DNA of 64,000 bases from Escherichia coli 042 (GCF_000027125.1 NC_017626.1); one strand, 5' to 3'; positions 33,040 to 44,558 are shown, counted from the stretch's first letter. Numbers and translations: made by a program. The notes: generated by a model not told the origin, from the sequence alone.

Positions 33040-34077
33040 ATGTTTTCCGCATTGCGCCACCGTACCGCTGCCCTGGCGCTCGGCGTATGCTTTATTCTCC
33101 CCGTACACGCCTCGTCATCTAAACCTGGCGATTTTGCTAATACTCAGGCACGACATATTGCTACTTTCTTTCCGGGACGCATGACCGGAACTCCAGCAGA
33201 AATGTTATCTGCCGATTATATTCGCCAACAGTTTCAGCAAATGGGTTATCGCAGTGATATTCGGACATTTAATAGTCGGTATATTTATACCGCCCGCGAT
33301 AATCGCAAGAGCTGGCATAACGTGACGGGAAGTACGGTGATTGCCGCTCATGAAGGCAAAGCGCCGCAGCAGATCATCATTATGGCGCATCTGGATACTT
33401 ACGCCCCGCTGAGCGATGCTGACGCCGATGCCAATCTCGGCGGGCTGACGTTACAAGGAATGGATGATAACGCCGCAGGTTTAGGTGTCATGCTGGAATT
33501 GGCAGAACGCCTGAAAAATACGCCTACCGAGTATGGTATTCGATTTGTGGCGACCAGTGGTGAAGAGGAAGGGAAATTAGGTGCTGAGAATTTACTCAAG
33601 CGGATGAGTGACACCGAAAAGAAAAATACGCTGCTGGTGATTAATCTCGATAACTTAATTGTTGGCGATAAATTGTATTTCAACAGCGGCGTAAAAACCC
33701 CTGAAGCAGTAAGGAAATTAACGCGCGACAGGGCGCTGGCAATTGCGCGTAGTCATGGAATTGCCGCAACGACCAATCCGGGTTTGAATAAAAATTATCC
33801 GAAGGGTACTGGCTGTTGTAATGACGCCGAAGTTTTCGACAAAGCCGGTATTGCCGTACTTTCGGTAGAAGCAACAAATTGGAATCTTGGGAATAAGGAT
33901 GGTTATCAGCAACGCGCAAAAACAGCTGCATTCCCTGCGGGAAATAGCTGGCATGACGTAAGACTGGATAATCAACAACATATTGATAAGGCACTTCCAG
34001 GAAGAATAGAACGTCGCTGCCGTGATGTTATGCGGATAATGCTACCGCTGGTGAAGGAGCTGGCGAAGGCGTCTTGA
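33040..34077 (+). CDS. iap: alkaline phosphatase isozyme conversion aminopeptidase (M28 family)
   Basis: 345 aa with signal peptide; sits next to the CRISPR array as in E. coli. Confidence 0.92.
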   Translation: MFSALRHRTAALALGVCFILPVHASSSKPGDFANTQARHIATFFPGRMTGTPAEMLSADYIRQQFQQMGYRSDIRTFNSRYIYTARDNRKSWHNVTGSTVIAAHEGKAPQQIIIMAHLDTYAPLSDADADANLGGLTLQGMDDNAAGLGVMLELAERLKNTPTEYGIRFVATSGEEEGKLGAENLLKRMSDTEKKNTLLVINLDNLIVGDKLYFNSGVKTPEAVRKLTRDRALAIARSHGIAATTNPGLNKNYPKGTGCCNDAEVFDKAGIAVLSVEATNWNLGNKDGYQQRAKTAAFPAGNSWHDVRLDNQQHIDKALPGRIERRCRDVMRIMLPLVKELAKAS

Positions 34078-34097
34078 TGGGTTTGAAAATGAGAGCT

Positions 34098-34553
34098 GGG
34101 AGTTCTACCGCAGGGGCGGGGAACTCCAAGTGATGTCCATCATCGCATCCAGTGCGTCCGGTTTATCCCCGCTGACGCGGGGAACACACATGAATGTCGG
34201 TTCAGACCGTGTTTTTACCCGGTTTATCCCCGCTGGCGCGGGGAACACTCGTCGGCGTCTTCACCCGTCGCATAACGCTGCGGTTTATCCCCGCTGGCGC
34301 GGGGAACACTGCCAGCGTGTCGGCGTGCGTTTCGCGCTGCCCGGTTTATCCCCGCTGACGCGGGGAACACTCGATCGATAGCTGCGCGATACCTGCGGGG
34401 ATCGGTTTATCCCCGCTGACGCGGGGAACACGGCAGCTATCGAGGCAGTTATCGAGCGTCGCGCGGTTTATCCCCGCTGACGCGGGGAACACCAAAGGAC
34501 ACCGGGAGGCACCCGGCACCGCAGCGGTTTATCCCCGCTGACGCGGGGAACAC
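34098..34553 (-). CRISPR. type I-E CRISPR array: 8 repeats (the iap-proximal one degenerate), 7 spacers of 32 nt
   Basis: 29-nt repeat cggtttatccccgctg(a/g)cgcggggaacac at 34159, 34220, 34281, 34342, 34403, 34464, 34525; degenerate copy at 34098..34126; 61-nt period. Confidence 0.95.
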
Positions 34554-34649
34554 ACTAAGCATACATAACTGTTTTTAAAAAAATTTATTCCGCATCAACA
34601 ATCTACCAACTAAATTAAAACATTTCCTTATTTTTAAAGAACAGATAAC
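34554..34649 (-). promoter_or_regulatory. CRISPR leader (AT-rich, contains conserved motif acaatctaccaact)
   Basis: AT-rich non-coding segment between last repeat and cas2; motif at 34599..34612 recurs at the same distance in the second leader. Confidence 0.8.
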
Positions 34650-35859
<1,210 letters not shown>

Positions 35860-35863
<4 letters not shown>

Positions 35864-36510
35864 GCCTCTGCTCCGGGTTTGATCAGCATCAGACCACAGC
35901 CGAACGCGCGGCTTTTGCCATACCCCTGGCTCAGACGTTGCAGAAATAACCCAGGATCGGTGACCGTAAGCATCCCCGTATAATCCACGCTACAGAACTG
36001 GATCAGTTGCCGGGAGTTTTCCCGCCGCAGTTGCTGTTGTCGGTAGGCATCGACCGAGGTATCCAGTAGTGTAAAACCGCTTCTTTCCCCCTGCGCTGCC
36101 AGCCAGTCCAGCGCCGCCTGTTGTTGATGCAACCAGACATCACGCCCTTCCGCCTGCCCCCTCACCTGCCGTTTCGCCTCTATCAGCAGATCGTGGCGCT
36201 TACCCGCTTTACAGACTGTTGGATTCGCCCGCAGGTTGAAACAAAGGGATTGTCCGGTACGCAGCTCCGGCGCAAATGACCGGCATTCGATGGTGAACGT
36301 ATCACTTTCCGCCGGGCGTTCCTGCGACAGGACAAAAAAGCGAAACGCGCCCTGGAGTTCTTCCCGACGATAAAGAAATTGCCTTTCTTTGCCACCCGGG
36401 AAAAGATCCCACAGCCACTGATGCATCACATATTCACCGCGATCCACCAGATGCAGCAACTGCGCAGGCGAAAGCTGGCCGGTATGTAAGGTTATTCTTG
36501 AGAGGTACAT
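35860..36510 (-). CDS. casE: CRISPR pre-crRNA endoribonuclease Cas6e (CasE)
   Basis: Likely start MYLSRITLHTGQ (track ORF 35860..36648 is an upstream extension); C-terminal G-rich loop GYGKSRAFGCGLM. Confidence 0.88.
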
Positions 36511-37238
36511 GGTTCCTCCTTGCTGAGCCACGGCCCCTGATTGACGGTGCGTTCCCCAAACAGCCACTGCTGGCGATTTAAAGGAACATCCCGGCGGCGC
36601 AATATTTTGCTCGCGACCAGGCCGTCGTGCTCCCCTTCCCACCAGCATTCATCCTGAAGTTTCGGGAGTGAGACTTTCAGTTCGTGGAAACGATCCTGAT
36701 ACTGTTGGTATGCGTTACGTAAGACATCAGACGCGTTGCCTTCGAGCAGTAACGGCGCAAGTGGTAACGCCAGCGGATGACTTTTTCGCCCCAGATAAAG
36801 CGGAAAAACCGGATGACGTAAATCTTCCTGCAACTGTTCGAGGCTGTAAGGCGCATCGGGGGTTGTTGCCACCGCCACCATCCACCAGGCGTCGGTGTAA
36901 TAGTCGCGCCGGGAGATAATCGCGCTTAGCAGTTCAAGATTACTCAACTCTTCGCGACGGCTGAAATAACGCGCTTTACGCACCTCTTTTGGCATCTGGA
37001 CCGTGTGATAATCCCGTGCCCAGCGCGGGTTACGGCTGGCGCAAACCACCAGTGAATAGTGGCGATTAAACGCGTTTAAGCGTTCGGTATCATCACGCCG
37101 AATCCCTACCCCGGCAGCCAGCAGCCCCAGCAATGCTGAGCGCGAAGGCAGTTCATGGGTATGACGCACTTCACCGGGGGCATCGACGCCCCAGGATGCC
37201 ATCGGCCCATGAAGCTGAAAAATTAGATATTGGCTCAT
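36492..37238 (-). CDS. casD: Cascade subunit Cas5e (CasD)
   Basis: 248 aa; N-terminal MSQYLIFQLHGPMASWG typical of Cas5. Confidence 0.88.
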   Translation of the reverse strand: MSQYLIFQLHGPMASWGVDAPGEVRHTHELPSRSALLGLLAAGVGIRRDDTERLNAFNRHYSLVVCASRNPRWARDYHTVQMPKEVRKARYFSRREELSNLELLSAIISRRDYYTDAWWMVAVATTPDAPYSLEQLQEDLRHPVFPLYLGRKSHPLALPLAPLLLEGNASDVLRNAYQQYQDRFHELKVSLPKLQDECWWEGEHDGLVASKILRRRDVPLNRQQWLFGERTVNQGPWLSKEEPCTSQE

Positions 37239-37248
37239 AAGCCGCCCC

Positions 37249-38304
37249 TTACGCGCAGATAAAGTCCAGCACGTCCTTCATGCTTCCCTGTTTGTTCATC
37301 ACGTCAAAACTTGTGTAATCGGTCTTCTGTTCGTAAACCTTATTCATGTTTTCGCGAAGCGTCGTAATACGCTGCACCGCTTCATCTAACTGCCCGGTGC
37401 CGTTAATGGGTTCATAAAAAGCCGCCGCCAGAGAGCGCGGTTGTTCGATACCTTTTTCTGCCATCGCCCAGGAGGCGTAGGCACGACTGGCAAAGCTGTT
37501 TTGTTTACCGGTTGGGGAAACTTTAAACGCGGCTTCCGTAAAGGCGCGCAGGGTCTGATTAGCCAACGCTTCGTCTCCGCCGAGGTTTTCTACCAACAGA
37601 TCTTTATCAATGCAGATATAGGTGTAGAAAAGTGCTGAACCGAATCCGGTTTCACCAAGATGCCCGGCACCGGCATCTTCAGAAGCCTGGCGCAAATCAT
37701 CAACGGCGGTGAAAAAATCATCTTCGACAATCGTTTCACTGACACCAAACGCATGCGCAACCTGGCAGGCGGCTTCAACATTAAACTCGGGTTTATTCGC
37801 CAGCATACGACCAAACATAGCGATATCTACCGCCATGCGATCTTTACGTAACAAAGCGAGATCTTCCTCTTTTGGCGCGCGCTTTTCTTCGGCCAGTTGA
37901 TGGGCCAGCGCTTTTACGGCGTCAAATTCTGCCGGGCTGATATGGACTAGCTGTTCAGTTTCGGCGTTAGTGAGCGGATCTTTTGGTTTTTTGTCGTTTT
38001 TAGCTTTCCCAAGATAATCCGCAATTTTTGCCGCCCATTCGATGGCTTTTTTCTCTTCGATGCCTTTCTCAATCAGGATAGTTGCCGCCTCACGCGCAAT
38101 ACGCCCACTGCGAATACCAATATGGCCCGCCAGTGCCTGTTCAAAATGTGCAGAAGTGCGCCACGCACGTTTCAGACTTTGTGAGGAAACGCGCAGACGC
38201 GTTGCTCCACCCAGTACCACAGTTTTTGGCGCACCGGTGTCATCACGGTTAAGGTTGGCAGCAGGGTAAGCGGTTAACAAATGAAGCTGAATAAATGTCG
38301 TCAT
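37249..38304 (-). CDS. casC: Cascade backbone subunit Cas7e (CasC)
   Basis: 351 aa; MTTFIQLHLLTAYPAANLNRDDTG typical Cas7e N-terminus. Confidence 0.92.
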   Translation of the reverse strand: MTTFIQLHLLTAYPAANLNRDDTGAPKTVVLGGATRLRVSSQSLKRAWRTSAHFEQALAGHIGIRSGRIAREAATILIEKGIEEKKAIEWAAKIADYLGKAKNDKKPKDPLTNAETEQLVHISPAEFDAVKALAHQLAEEKRAPKEEDLALLRKDRMAVDIAMFGRMLANKPEFNVEAACQVAHAFGVSETIVEDDFFTAVDDLRQASEDAGAGHLGETGFGSALFYTYICIDKDLLVENLGGDEALANQTLRAFTEAAFKVSPTGKQNSFASRAYASWAMAEKGIEQPRSLAAAFYEPINGTGQLDEAVQRITTLRENMNKVYEQKTDYTSFDVMNKQGSMKDVLDFICA

Positions 38305-38318
38305 GAGATAGTCCTTTA

Positions 38319-38855
38319 TTAATTTTGTTCGTTATCGGCGTCGCCAGCCTGGTAATATTCCAGCGCCCAGCGGATACGGATAAATTCTGTTGGCCGCTGC
38401 TGGCGGCGGTGATGATTGAGCAGATCGTCGCTCTCCTGGCACCAGCGGAAAATATCGTCTGCCAAAGAGATAAGATTGACGGAACCATTTAATAATTTGA
38501 CCGCGCGACGTAACTGGCGCAGTAATTCATCCGGCGTTTTGACTGCCGACAGGCGAGTAAAACGCCCCTCAGACATTACCGCCGCCAACTGCGCGGCAAA
38601 AAGCTGCCGTTCATCAATGGCTTTTACATTGGCGGCAACGGCGGCAACCAGCGCCAGTGCGGTAAAACGCCACTCCTGTGATTCAATTTTCCACAACGTG
38701 TGGGTCTGCATCAGCAGAGAACGAAACCCTTCTGACAGACAAACATCATTAACCGTTGTGCTACGCCGCAGACTGGCACGATTGCCTCGTTTTTCCTGCA
38801 ACTCTTCGTGCCATTTACGCAGCGTGGCTTTGTGCTCCTCTTTTACAATACTCAT
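38319..38855 (-). CDS. casB: Cascade small subunit Cse2 (CasB)
   Basis: 178 aa alpha-helical, Arg/Lys-rich ORF between cas7e and cse1. Confidence 0.85.
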   Translation of the reverse strand: MSIVKEEHKATLRKWHEELQEKRGNRASLRRSTTVNDVCLSEGFRSLLMQTHTLWKIESQEWRFTALALVAAVAANVKAIDERQLFAAQLAAVMSEGRFTRLSAVKTPDELLRQLRRAVKLLNGSVNLISLADDIFRWCQESDDLLNHHRRQQRPTEFIRIRWALEYYQAGDADNEQN

Positions 38856-40420
38856 TCAGCAGCCTCCTGCTTTTTCTCCCTGGCGGCTTTAGCACTTTGC
38901 TTCTCCGCCGATGTTGTAAAATATTTCTTGCGCGCGGTCATGACGCGTTTCAAATCAACGGGCTCATAAGGATTAGTGAATACACGCTCGTCAAAATCCT
39001 GACGCGCGAATAACCAAATTTCCTTTTGCCATTTGCCGAGTAATTCATCCGCATCCTGACCTTCTTCAATTTGGCGCACTAACCTCAGGAAGCGATGCTG
39101 AGTTTTGTTCCAGAAGTCGATATCCACAAAACTAAAATCACCCCGAGCACCTTTTGGATCGGAGAACCAGGCTTCTTTCAATGCACTCCGTAACAGACTT
39201 AGAATCCGTGAAGCCGTTTGCGCAACCAGCCGCAGCTTCGGTATCTGGCCTTCTTTTTTATTGAGCAGCAGCGGGAAATGGTGTTCGTACCAACAACGGG
39301 CTTTCATGTTGTCAAAATCATAACCAAATCCCCACAGGCCCACTTTTGTCTGCTTCAGACTGCTGGCATTAAAGAGTTTCACCACCAGCGCGGGAAGTTC
39401 CGTATTGTTTTCTGACTTACCCGTTTCGATAAGACCTAACCAGTCGCGCCAGATTAAACCGCCCGGTTGTGGTTTAACGGAGTAAAACTCACCGCCCTCT
39501 TTAAGTGGTACACGGTAAGGCGTTAAGGGATGCTGCCACATGGCATAATTCGCACCATAATTTTTGGTCGTCATCAGGCTCAGGAGCGAGTCATTCTGCT
39601 CGCCGCAAATATCGCAGTTGCCGACTGTCGTGGTATTAAAATCAATACGAATACGCCGCGGCATTCCCCAGTACGCCTGGAGTTTATTGACCTGATCATG
39701 GGTTACCACCGCACCGGCCAGTTCGCTGGTACGCGTCGGGCCAAGCCAGGGGAAAATCAGATCGTCAAATTTTTTGGGTAGCGGTAAGTCGGCTTCATCC
39801 TGCGGCATCACATTGAGCCACAGTTTGCGCCACAAGGGTGTTTGTTGATTGCCCTGATATTCCTGTAATTCAATCAGAGTGGTCATCGGCCCACCGCCGC
39901 GTAAACCGGTGCGATAGCCTTTGCCGCCTGACGGCGCATTTAACTGTAGGGAGAACAGAGCTAACGCAGAACAATGTGGGCACAGGTATTCCGTTACACC
40001 ACGCTTGATAAAGTGGTCTTTATTAAACTTCGTTGTTTGAGCGCCGGGAATCTCAGGCAGTAGCGAAGCGACCGGAATTTTATCTCCGGTGAGCGCCTCG
40101 AAATCCTGCATAAATGAAGGGGAATCTGGGCCAAACTGGAAAGCATGTTCTAAAGATAGCAATGCTTCCCGTAGCTTTTCAGCTTCCAGTCCGTCTTCCC
40201 AGATATCATCCCAACGACGATGATCTTTTGGCGCGAAGCTGGTTTGTAGTAGCCCCAGCAAAAACTGCCACGCCGCTCCCTGGAGATCTGCCCGCGGCGC
40301 AGCGATATCGACAACATTTTCATCCGCCAGATCGACTGGCGCCAGTTTGCCTGTTGTTCCGTCTTTAAAACGAACGGGCAACCACGGGGTTGTCAGAAGT
40401 GAAAACGAGTTCATACGCAT
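38852..40420 (-). CDS. casA: Cascade large subunit Cse1 (CasA)
   Basis: Track ORF 38852..40483 begins at TTG; first ATGs are 21-23 codons in (MRMNSFSLLTTPWLPV), giving about 522 aa. Confidence 0.85.
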   Translation of the reverse strand: MRMNSFSLLTTPWLPVRFKDGTTGKLAPVDLADENVVDIAAPRADLQGAAWQFLLGLLQTSFAPKDHRRWDDIWEDGLEAEKLREALLSLEHAFQFGPDSPSFMQDFEALTGDKIPVASLLPEIPGAQTTKFNKDHFIKRGVTEYLCPHCSALALFSLQLNAPSGGKGYRTGLRGGGPMTTLIELQEYQGNQQTPLWRKLWLNVMPQDEADLPLPKKFDDLIFPWLGPTRTSELAGAVVTHDQVNKLQAYWGMPRRIRIDFNTTTVGNCDICGEQNDSLLSLMTTKNYGANYAMWQHPLTPYRVPLKEGGEFYSVKPQPGGLIWRDWLGLIETGKSENNTELPALVVKLFNASSLKQTKVGLWGFGYDFDNMKARCWYEHHFPLLLNKKEGQIPKLRLVAQTASRILSLLRSALKEAWFSDPKGARGDFSFVDIDFWNKTQHRFLRLVRQIEEGQDADELLGKWQKEIWLFARQDFDERVFTNPYEPVDLKRVMTARKKYFTTSAEKQSAKAAREKKQEAAE

Positions 40421-40511
40421 CCTCTCGTAAAAAAGACCATCCCAGGTCGGTTGTCCATCATTCCATCCTTTTGGGTGTATCAACTATTCAGAGAGCCCTG
40501 TCGCAGGCATC

Positions 40512-43169
40512 TCAACCAACCTTGCCAGTCAATCCTTCCATAGCCGAATACCCGCAACTTTCGTCATCGGTGACTAAAATCACGTTTGCCATCTCCGGAT
40601 CTTGCCGCTGTTCAATGCACCACTGCCTGAACGCATCCCCTTCCAGTAAAGAAAACTCATCCCGATGTTTTTTCCACCAGCTTCGACGCACTCTGACAAC
40701 GCTCATTTCCCATGCGTGAGCACCGGTGGCATAAGGCTTCACCACACCGTCAATACAGGTAGCCAGCCACAGGGAAACAGATTCCTCAGCCAGACGTGTC
40801 GACAGCTTTTCCGGAAGGTAATCGTTGATATTGGCGGCATAGCCAGGCTTGAAGTTCAGGACAAACTTTTTAGCCATTGCGCGATCGCAGTAATATTTGC
40901 CCACTTGCTCCTGCTCACTGCGGGCAAATCCTTCCGGCATTGCCACGTCTTCACCGTAGACTGATTCAATAAGAAGCCGGGCTGCGTGTGGCATCTGAAT
41001 AGCGCCTTGCTCACGCAGCACACGCTGCGTCAGCCAGATTCGCCCATGATCGGGGTAGACATATGCACTGTTACGCATGGCGCTGCCAAACCATTCGTCA
41101 CCCGGAGAGTCATCCCAGACGGGAGCCAGAATCAGCAATTCAGGAGGGGAACGCTCATCTTTTCCGTCACGCTTTAACTGACCATTAATATCGCGGATAT
41201 GCCGCTGTAATCGCCCCGCCCGCTGGATTAGCAAATCAATGTGGGCCAGGTCGGAGATCATTTCGTCCAGGTCACAATCGACGCTCTGCTCTAATACCTG
41301 AGTACAAATAAGGACTTTTCCGGCACGCTGTGAGTTACCTTCTTTACCAAAGCGTGCCAGCGTTTCCGTTTCAATTCGCTGGCGATCGCTAAAAGCAAAG
41401 CGGCTATGAAAAAGTGAAAGGCTGGAAGCGGGAATGACGCCGCGGGCAAGCAGCTGACGATGAACCTTAATAGCGTCATCGACAGAATTCCGGATCCAGG
41501 CGATGCATTTCCCCTGACTTACCGCCGATTCGATATGTGCAATACATTCTTGTTCGCTATGAAGCCAACCCACACACACGTTGCGCTCAACTTCTTTGCG
41601 CGTCGCTACCCGGTGCGAATGCAAATCGGATTTCGTGACATGCGTCAGCCATGGGTAATCATCCTTTTCAAGGAACGGAGCTTCTTGTTGGCCCTCTGCA
41701 CCACGCGCAAAGGCAGCGACGAGTTTGTCGCGCTGCTGTTGAGATAACGTAGCAGAAAGCAAAATGATACTGTTTCCGCCACGCGCCTGCCGCTCAATCA
41801 ATCCTTCAAGAATGCACGACATGTAAGCGTCACAGGCATGGATCTCATCAGCCAGCAGGATTTTTTTACTCAACCCCAGAAGCCGCAGATTATTATGTTT
41901 GAACGGCATCACCGCCATCATCGCCTGATCCAAGGTGCCGACGCCAATTTCAGCCAGCAACGCCTTCTTGTTACTGTCGGCAAACCAGGCCGCACATCCC
42001 TGGCTGAACGCTTGTTCATCCGGTTCTTCTGACCCGACTAAATCACCGGACCAGAGTGATTCATTGAAGCGGTCCATTAATGTATGGGCACTGTGTGCCA
42101 GCACCAGGCTGGGGCGGGATTCTGGCGAATAGAAAGCAAGCCAGGTTTTGACCAGCCGATCGTACATGGCATTGGCCGTTGCCATTGTTGGCAGGCCAAA
42201 AAACAAACCCTGAGCTTTCCCCGCAGCCATCAACCTGTGGACCATGATAAGCGCTGCTTCTGTTTTACCTGCGCCAGTCACATCCTCCAGAATAAATAAC
42301 TGTGGCCCAGGCTGGCTGATATCCAGATCCAGTACCTTTTGCTGTAACGGTGTCGGGTGCTCAATAAAAGGAAACAGTGTATTAATTCCGGTGAAAGGCG
42401 CGGTTTGTGCTTTTGGAGGAAAGACGGTTAAGGCGTTTTGAGCCTGAACTAAAGCCTTCTGCCAGTAATCTTTAATATCCATTGCCTGTGCAACGCGTGG
42501 AAAAAACCGCGTTGACGATCCCGTCCAGTCTGCGAGTACGACGGTTGCAGAGATATACCAGGAAAGTTGTTTTATAAGTTCAACGCCCTCGTCATCATCC
42601 CAGAATGTGGGGATCTCGATGAGCGGGAACAGTGTCTTGATTGCAAGGAGAAAATCTCGTGCGGCAGCTTTGTCTTCAGGCAGAAAATTATCCAGTTCAT
42701 CCATACGATCAGGAGGCTGACCATGATGCCCGGTAGTCATGGGCATCCACATCTCTATTACCCGTTTAAGTTTGCGGGGAGAGAGTGAAGATGAAGGAAG
42801 CAACTCTTCACATTCAATTAAATAATGATTCCACAACCAGTAGCCCAGCGTTGAATGAGAGATCTTTTCGTAATTTTTTCTTGCACTTTCCGGAACCTTG
42901 AGCTGTGGGTGCAGGTAAAGTTGCTGAAAAGAGCGGGCAAATTTTCCAGTATCGTGCCAACACAGCAACCAGGCGAAAAATTGTGCTGCCTGCTCCGTGT
43001 CAGCGATACCTAATTGACGAAAATAGTCAGCCAACCCGAAACAGTTGTTTTTGACCATTAAATAACCCGTCGCGGCTACATCCAGCGAATGCCAGCAAAG
43101 TAGATGATAGTCGTCGCCGCCCTCTTTCTCGCCACGTCGGGTTTTTCCCCAGAAATCAAAGAAAGTCAC
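40512..43169 (-). CDS. cas3: CRISPR-associated nuclease-helicase Cas3 (HD domain + SF2 helicase)
   Basis: 885 aa; N-terminal HD motifs (LCWHSLDV, HDTGK), Walker A GAGKT, DEAH-like LADEIH. Confidence 0.95.
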   Translation of the reverse strand: MTFFDFWGKTRRGEKEGGDDYHLLCWHSLDVAATGYLMVKNNCFGLADYFRQLGIADTEQAAQFFAWLLCWHDTGKFARSFQQLYLHPQLKVPESARKNYEKISHSTLGYWLWNHYLIECEELLPSSSLSPRKLKRVIEMWMPMTTGHHGQPPDRMDELDNFLPEDKAAARDFLLAIKTLFPLIEIPTFWDDDEGVELIKQLSWYISATVVLADWTGSSTRFFPRVAQAMDIKDYWQKALVQAQNALTVFPPKAQTAPFTGINTLFPFIEHPTPLQQKVLDLDISQPGPQLFILEDVTGAGKTEAALIMVHRLMAAGKAQGLFFGLPTMATANAMYDRLVKTWLAFYSPESRPSLVLAHSAHTLMDRFNESLWSGDLVGSEEPDEQAFSQGCAAWFADSNKKALLAEIGVGTLDQAMMAVMPFKHNNLRLLGLSKKILLADEIHACDAYMSCILEGLIERQARGGNSIILLSATLSQQQRDKLVAAFARGAEGQQEAPFLEKDDYPWLTHVTKSDLHSHRVATRKEVERNVCVGWLHSEQECIAHIESAVSQGKCIAWIRNSVDDAIKVHRQLLARGVIPASSLSLFHSRFAFSDRQRIETETLARFGKEGNSQRAGKVLICTQVLEQSVDCDLDEMISDLAHIDLLIQRAGRLQRHIRDINGQLKRDGKDERSPPELLILAPVWDDSPGDEWFGSAMRNSAYVYPDHGRIWLTQRVLREQGAIQMPHAARLLIESVYGEDVAMPEGFARSEQEQVGKYYCDRAMAKKFVLNFKPGYAANINDYLPEKLSTRLAEESVSLWLATCIDGVVKPYATGAHAWEMSVVRVRRSWWKKHRDEFSLLEGDAFRQWCIEQRQDPEMANVILVTDDESCGYSAMEGLTGKVG

Positions 43170-43380
43170 AATGTTTTTATCCTTCAGTAAAACTTAAAGG
43201 ATATTTACGCATATATTAAAAATTATCTGTGATATATATCGTTCAATAAAACATTTACATTATGAATAATCAAATAGTTTTCATCCGTAATATATATGAA
43301 TAATAAACATAGGCATAATATTCACATAAACAATATAAATTAAAAAAGGGTGCAGGAGACCAAACCATCACAATTCAGTA

Positions 43381-43402
43381 CGCGGGGTTTTACCCCCGCG
43401 TG
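43381..43402 (-). terminator. GC-rich hairpin immediately 3' of the hok-like ORF
   Basis: acgcgggg-tttta-ccccgcgt perfect 8-bp stem starting 6 nt after the stop codon. Confidence 0.5.
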
Positions 43403-43407
43403 GTGGC

Positions 43408-43560
43408 TACTTCTTCGATTCGTAAGCGAGAACTGCCTTAAACTCCATACCACGTTCTCTGATACTCAACTCACACAACGAGTCGCCTACCATCAGCGTG
43501 AATCCCAGTACTGTACAACACAGTACGATGATTGCCACAAGGGCATATTTTGTCAGCATG
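43408..43560 (-). CDS. hok: Hok/Gef-family type I toxin (small membrane peptide)
   Basis: 50 aa [50 protein letters not shown]; matches Hok/Gef pattern (TM helix, SLCE, AYES); GGAGG 7 nt upstream of ATG; below the 60-aa track cutoff. Confidence 0.8.
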
Positions 43561-43769
43561 TCTTGCCTCCCTGCAAAGAAGAGACTAACATTCGAATTGC
43601 TTAGGTTCGAACGCTGGCCTCAGGTTGATTGAAATATCGCCTGGGGCTTTTGTCCATCTGGAACCTCGCGAATGCTTAACGCCAGACAGCCTCAAGCACC
43701 CAACGCCATTCTATACCTGTTAATTTTCCCTGCGATGTTCACCTTTAAATGCCGGAATGCTGCTCGCAA

Positions 43770-43812
43770 AATAAAAACGCCCCCATCATTTCTGACAGAG
43801 GCGTTTAATTTA
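43770..43812 (-). terminator. probable terminator of the cysJIH operon
   Basis: aaacgcc ... ggcgttt inverted repeat followed by a T-run on the minus strand just downstream of cysH stop. Confidence 0.45.
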
Positions 43813-43823
43813 TCCGGCAATAT

Positions 43824-44558
43824 TTACCCTTCGTGTAACCCACATTCCCTTTTTAAGCCAAAGAAACGCGTTTCTTCTTCCGCCATGCCGGGTTCCCATT
43901 TACGGGTTGTATGGGTATCACCGACGGATAAATATCCTTCGTCCCATAATGGATGATATTTCAGGCCATGTTTTTGCAGATACTGATATATCGTTCGGTT
44001 ATCCCAGTCGATAATCGGCAGCACTTTAAATACGCCACGCTGAATTGCCAGCACCGGTAAATTGGCGCGACTGCCGGATTGTTCGCGGCGCAGGCCAGCA
44101 AACCACGTTTGCGCATTCAGTTCTTTCAGCGCCCGGTTCATCGGTTCGACTTTGTTGATGTCATTGTACTTTTCAATGCCTTCAACACCCTGCTCCCACA
44201 GTTTGCCGTAGCGCGCTTCCTGCCAGGCGGCGCTTTCGGTAGCGCGGTACACTTTCAGGTTGAGCTTGAGTTTGTCCGTTAACTCGTCAATAAAGCGGTA
44301 GGTTTCCGGGAACAGATAACCCGTATCGGTCAGGATCACCGGGATATCCGGGTGAATCTGATTCACCAGATGCAGGCTCACCGCCGCCTGAATGCCGAAA
44401 CTGGAAGAAAGTACATATTCACCGGGCAGATTATCCAGCGCCCAGGCAACGCGGCCTTCAGCATCCAGTTTTTCCAGTTCGGCGTTAGTTTCTGCCAGCG
44501 CCAGAATGCGATCTACCTTCGGCAGTTCGTTCAGGGCGTTTAGATCGAGTTTGGACAT
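43824..44558 (-). CDS. cysH: phosphoadenosine phosphosulfate (PAPS) reductase
   Basis: 244 aa from [10 protein letters not shown]; C-terminal ECGLH motif. Confidence 0.96.
   Translation of the reverse strand: MSKLDLNALNELPKVDRILALAETNAELEKLDAEGRVAWALDNLPGEYVLSSSFGIQAAVSLHLVNQIHPDIPVILTDTGYLFPETYRFIDELTDKLKLNLKVYRATESAAWQEARYGKLWEQGVEGIEKYNDINKVEPMNRALKELNAQTWFAGLRREQSGSRANLPVLAIQRGVFKVLPIIDWDNRTIYQYLQKHGLKYHPLWDEGYLSVGDTHTTRKWEPGMAEEETRFFGLKRECGLHEG

Noticed and set aside
43350-43604. 84-aa plus-strand ORF in the cas3-cysH gap
   Set aside because: GTG-initiated, no RBS, and runs antisense across the hairpin and the Hok-like ORF, which has a conserved toxin sequence and a GGAGG RBS; the minus-strand reading is preferred.
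43561-43680. Possible mok-like overlapping reading frame upstream of hok
   Set aside because: The only upstream ATG-initiated frame I could trace terminates after about 18 codons before reaching hok, so a Mok-type coupled ORF is not supported without proper folding and alignment.
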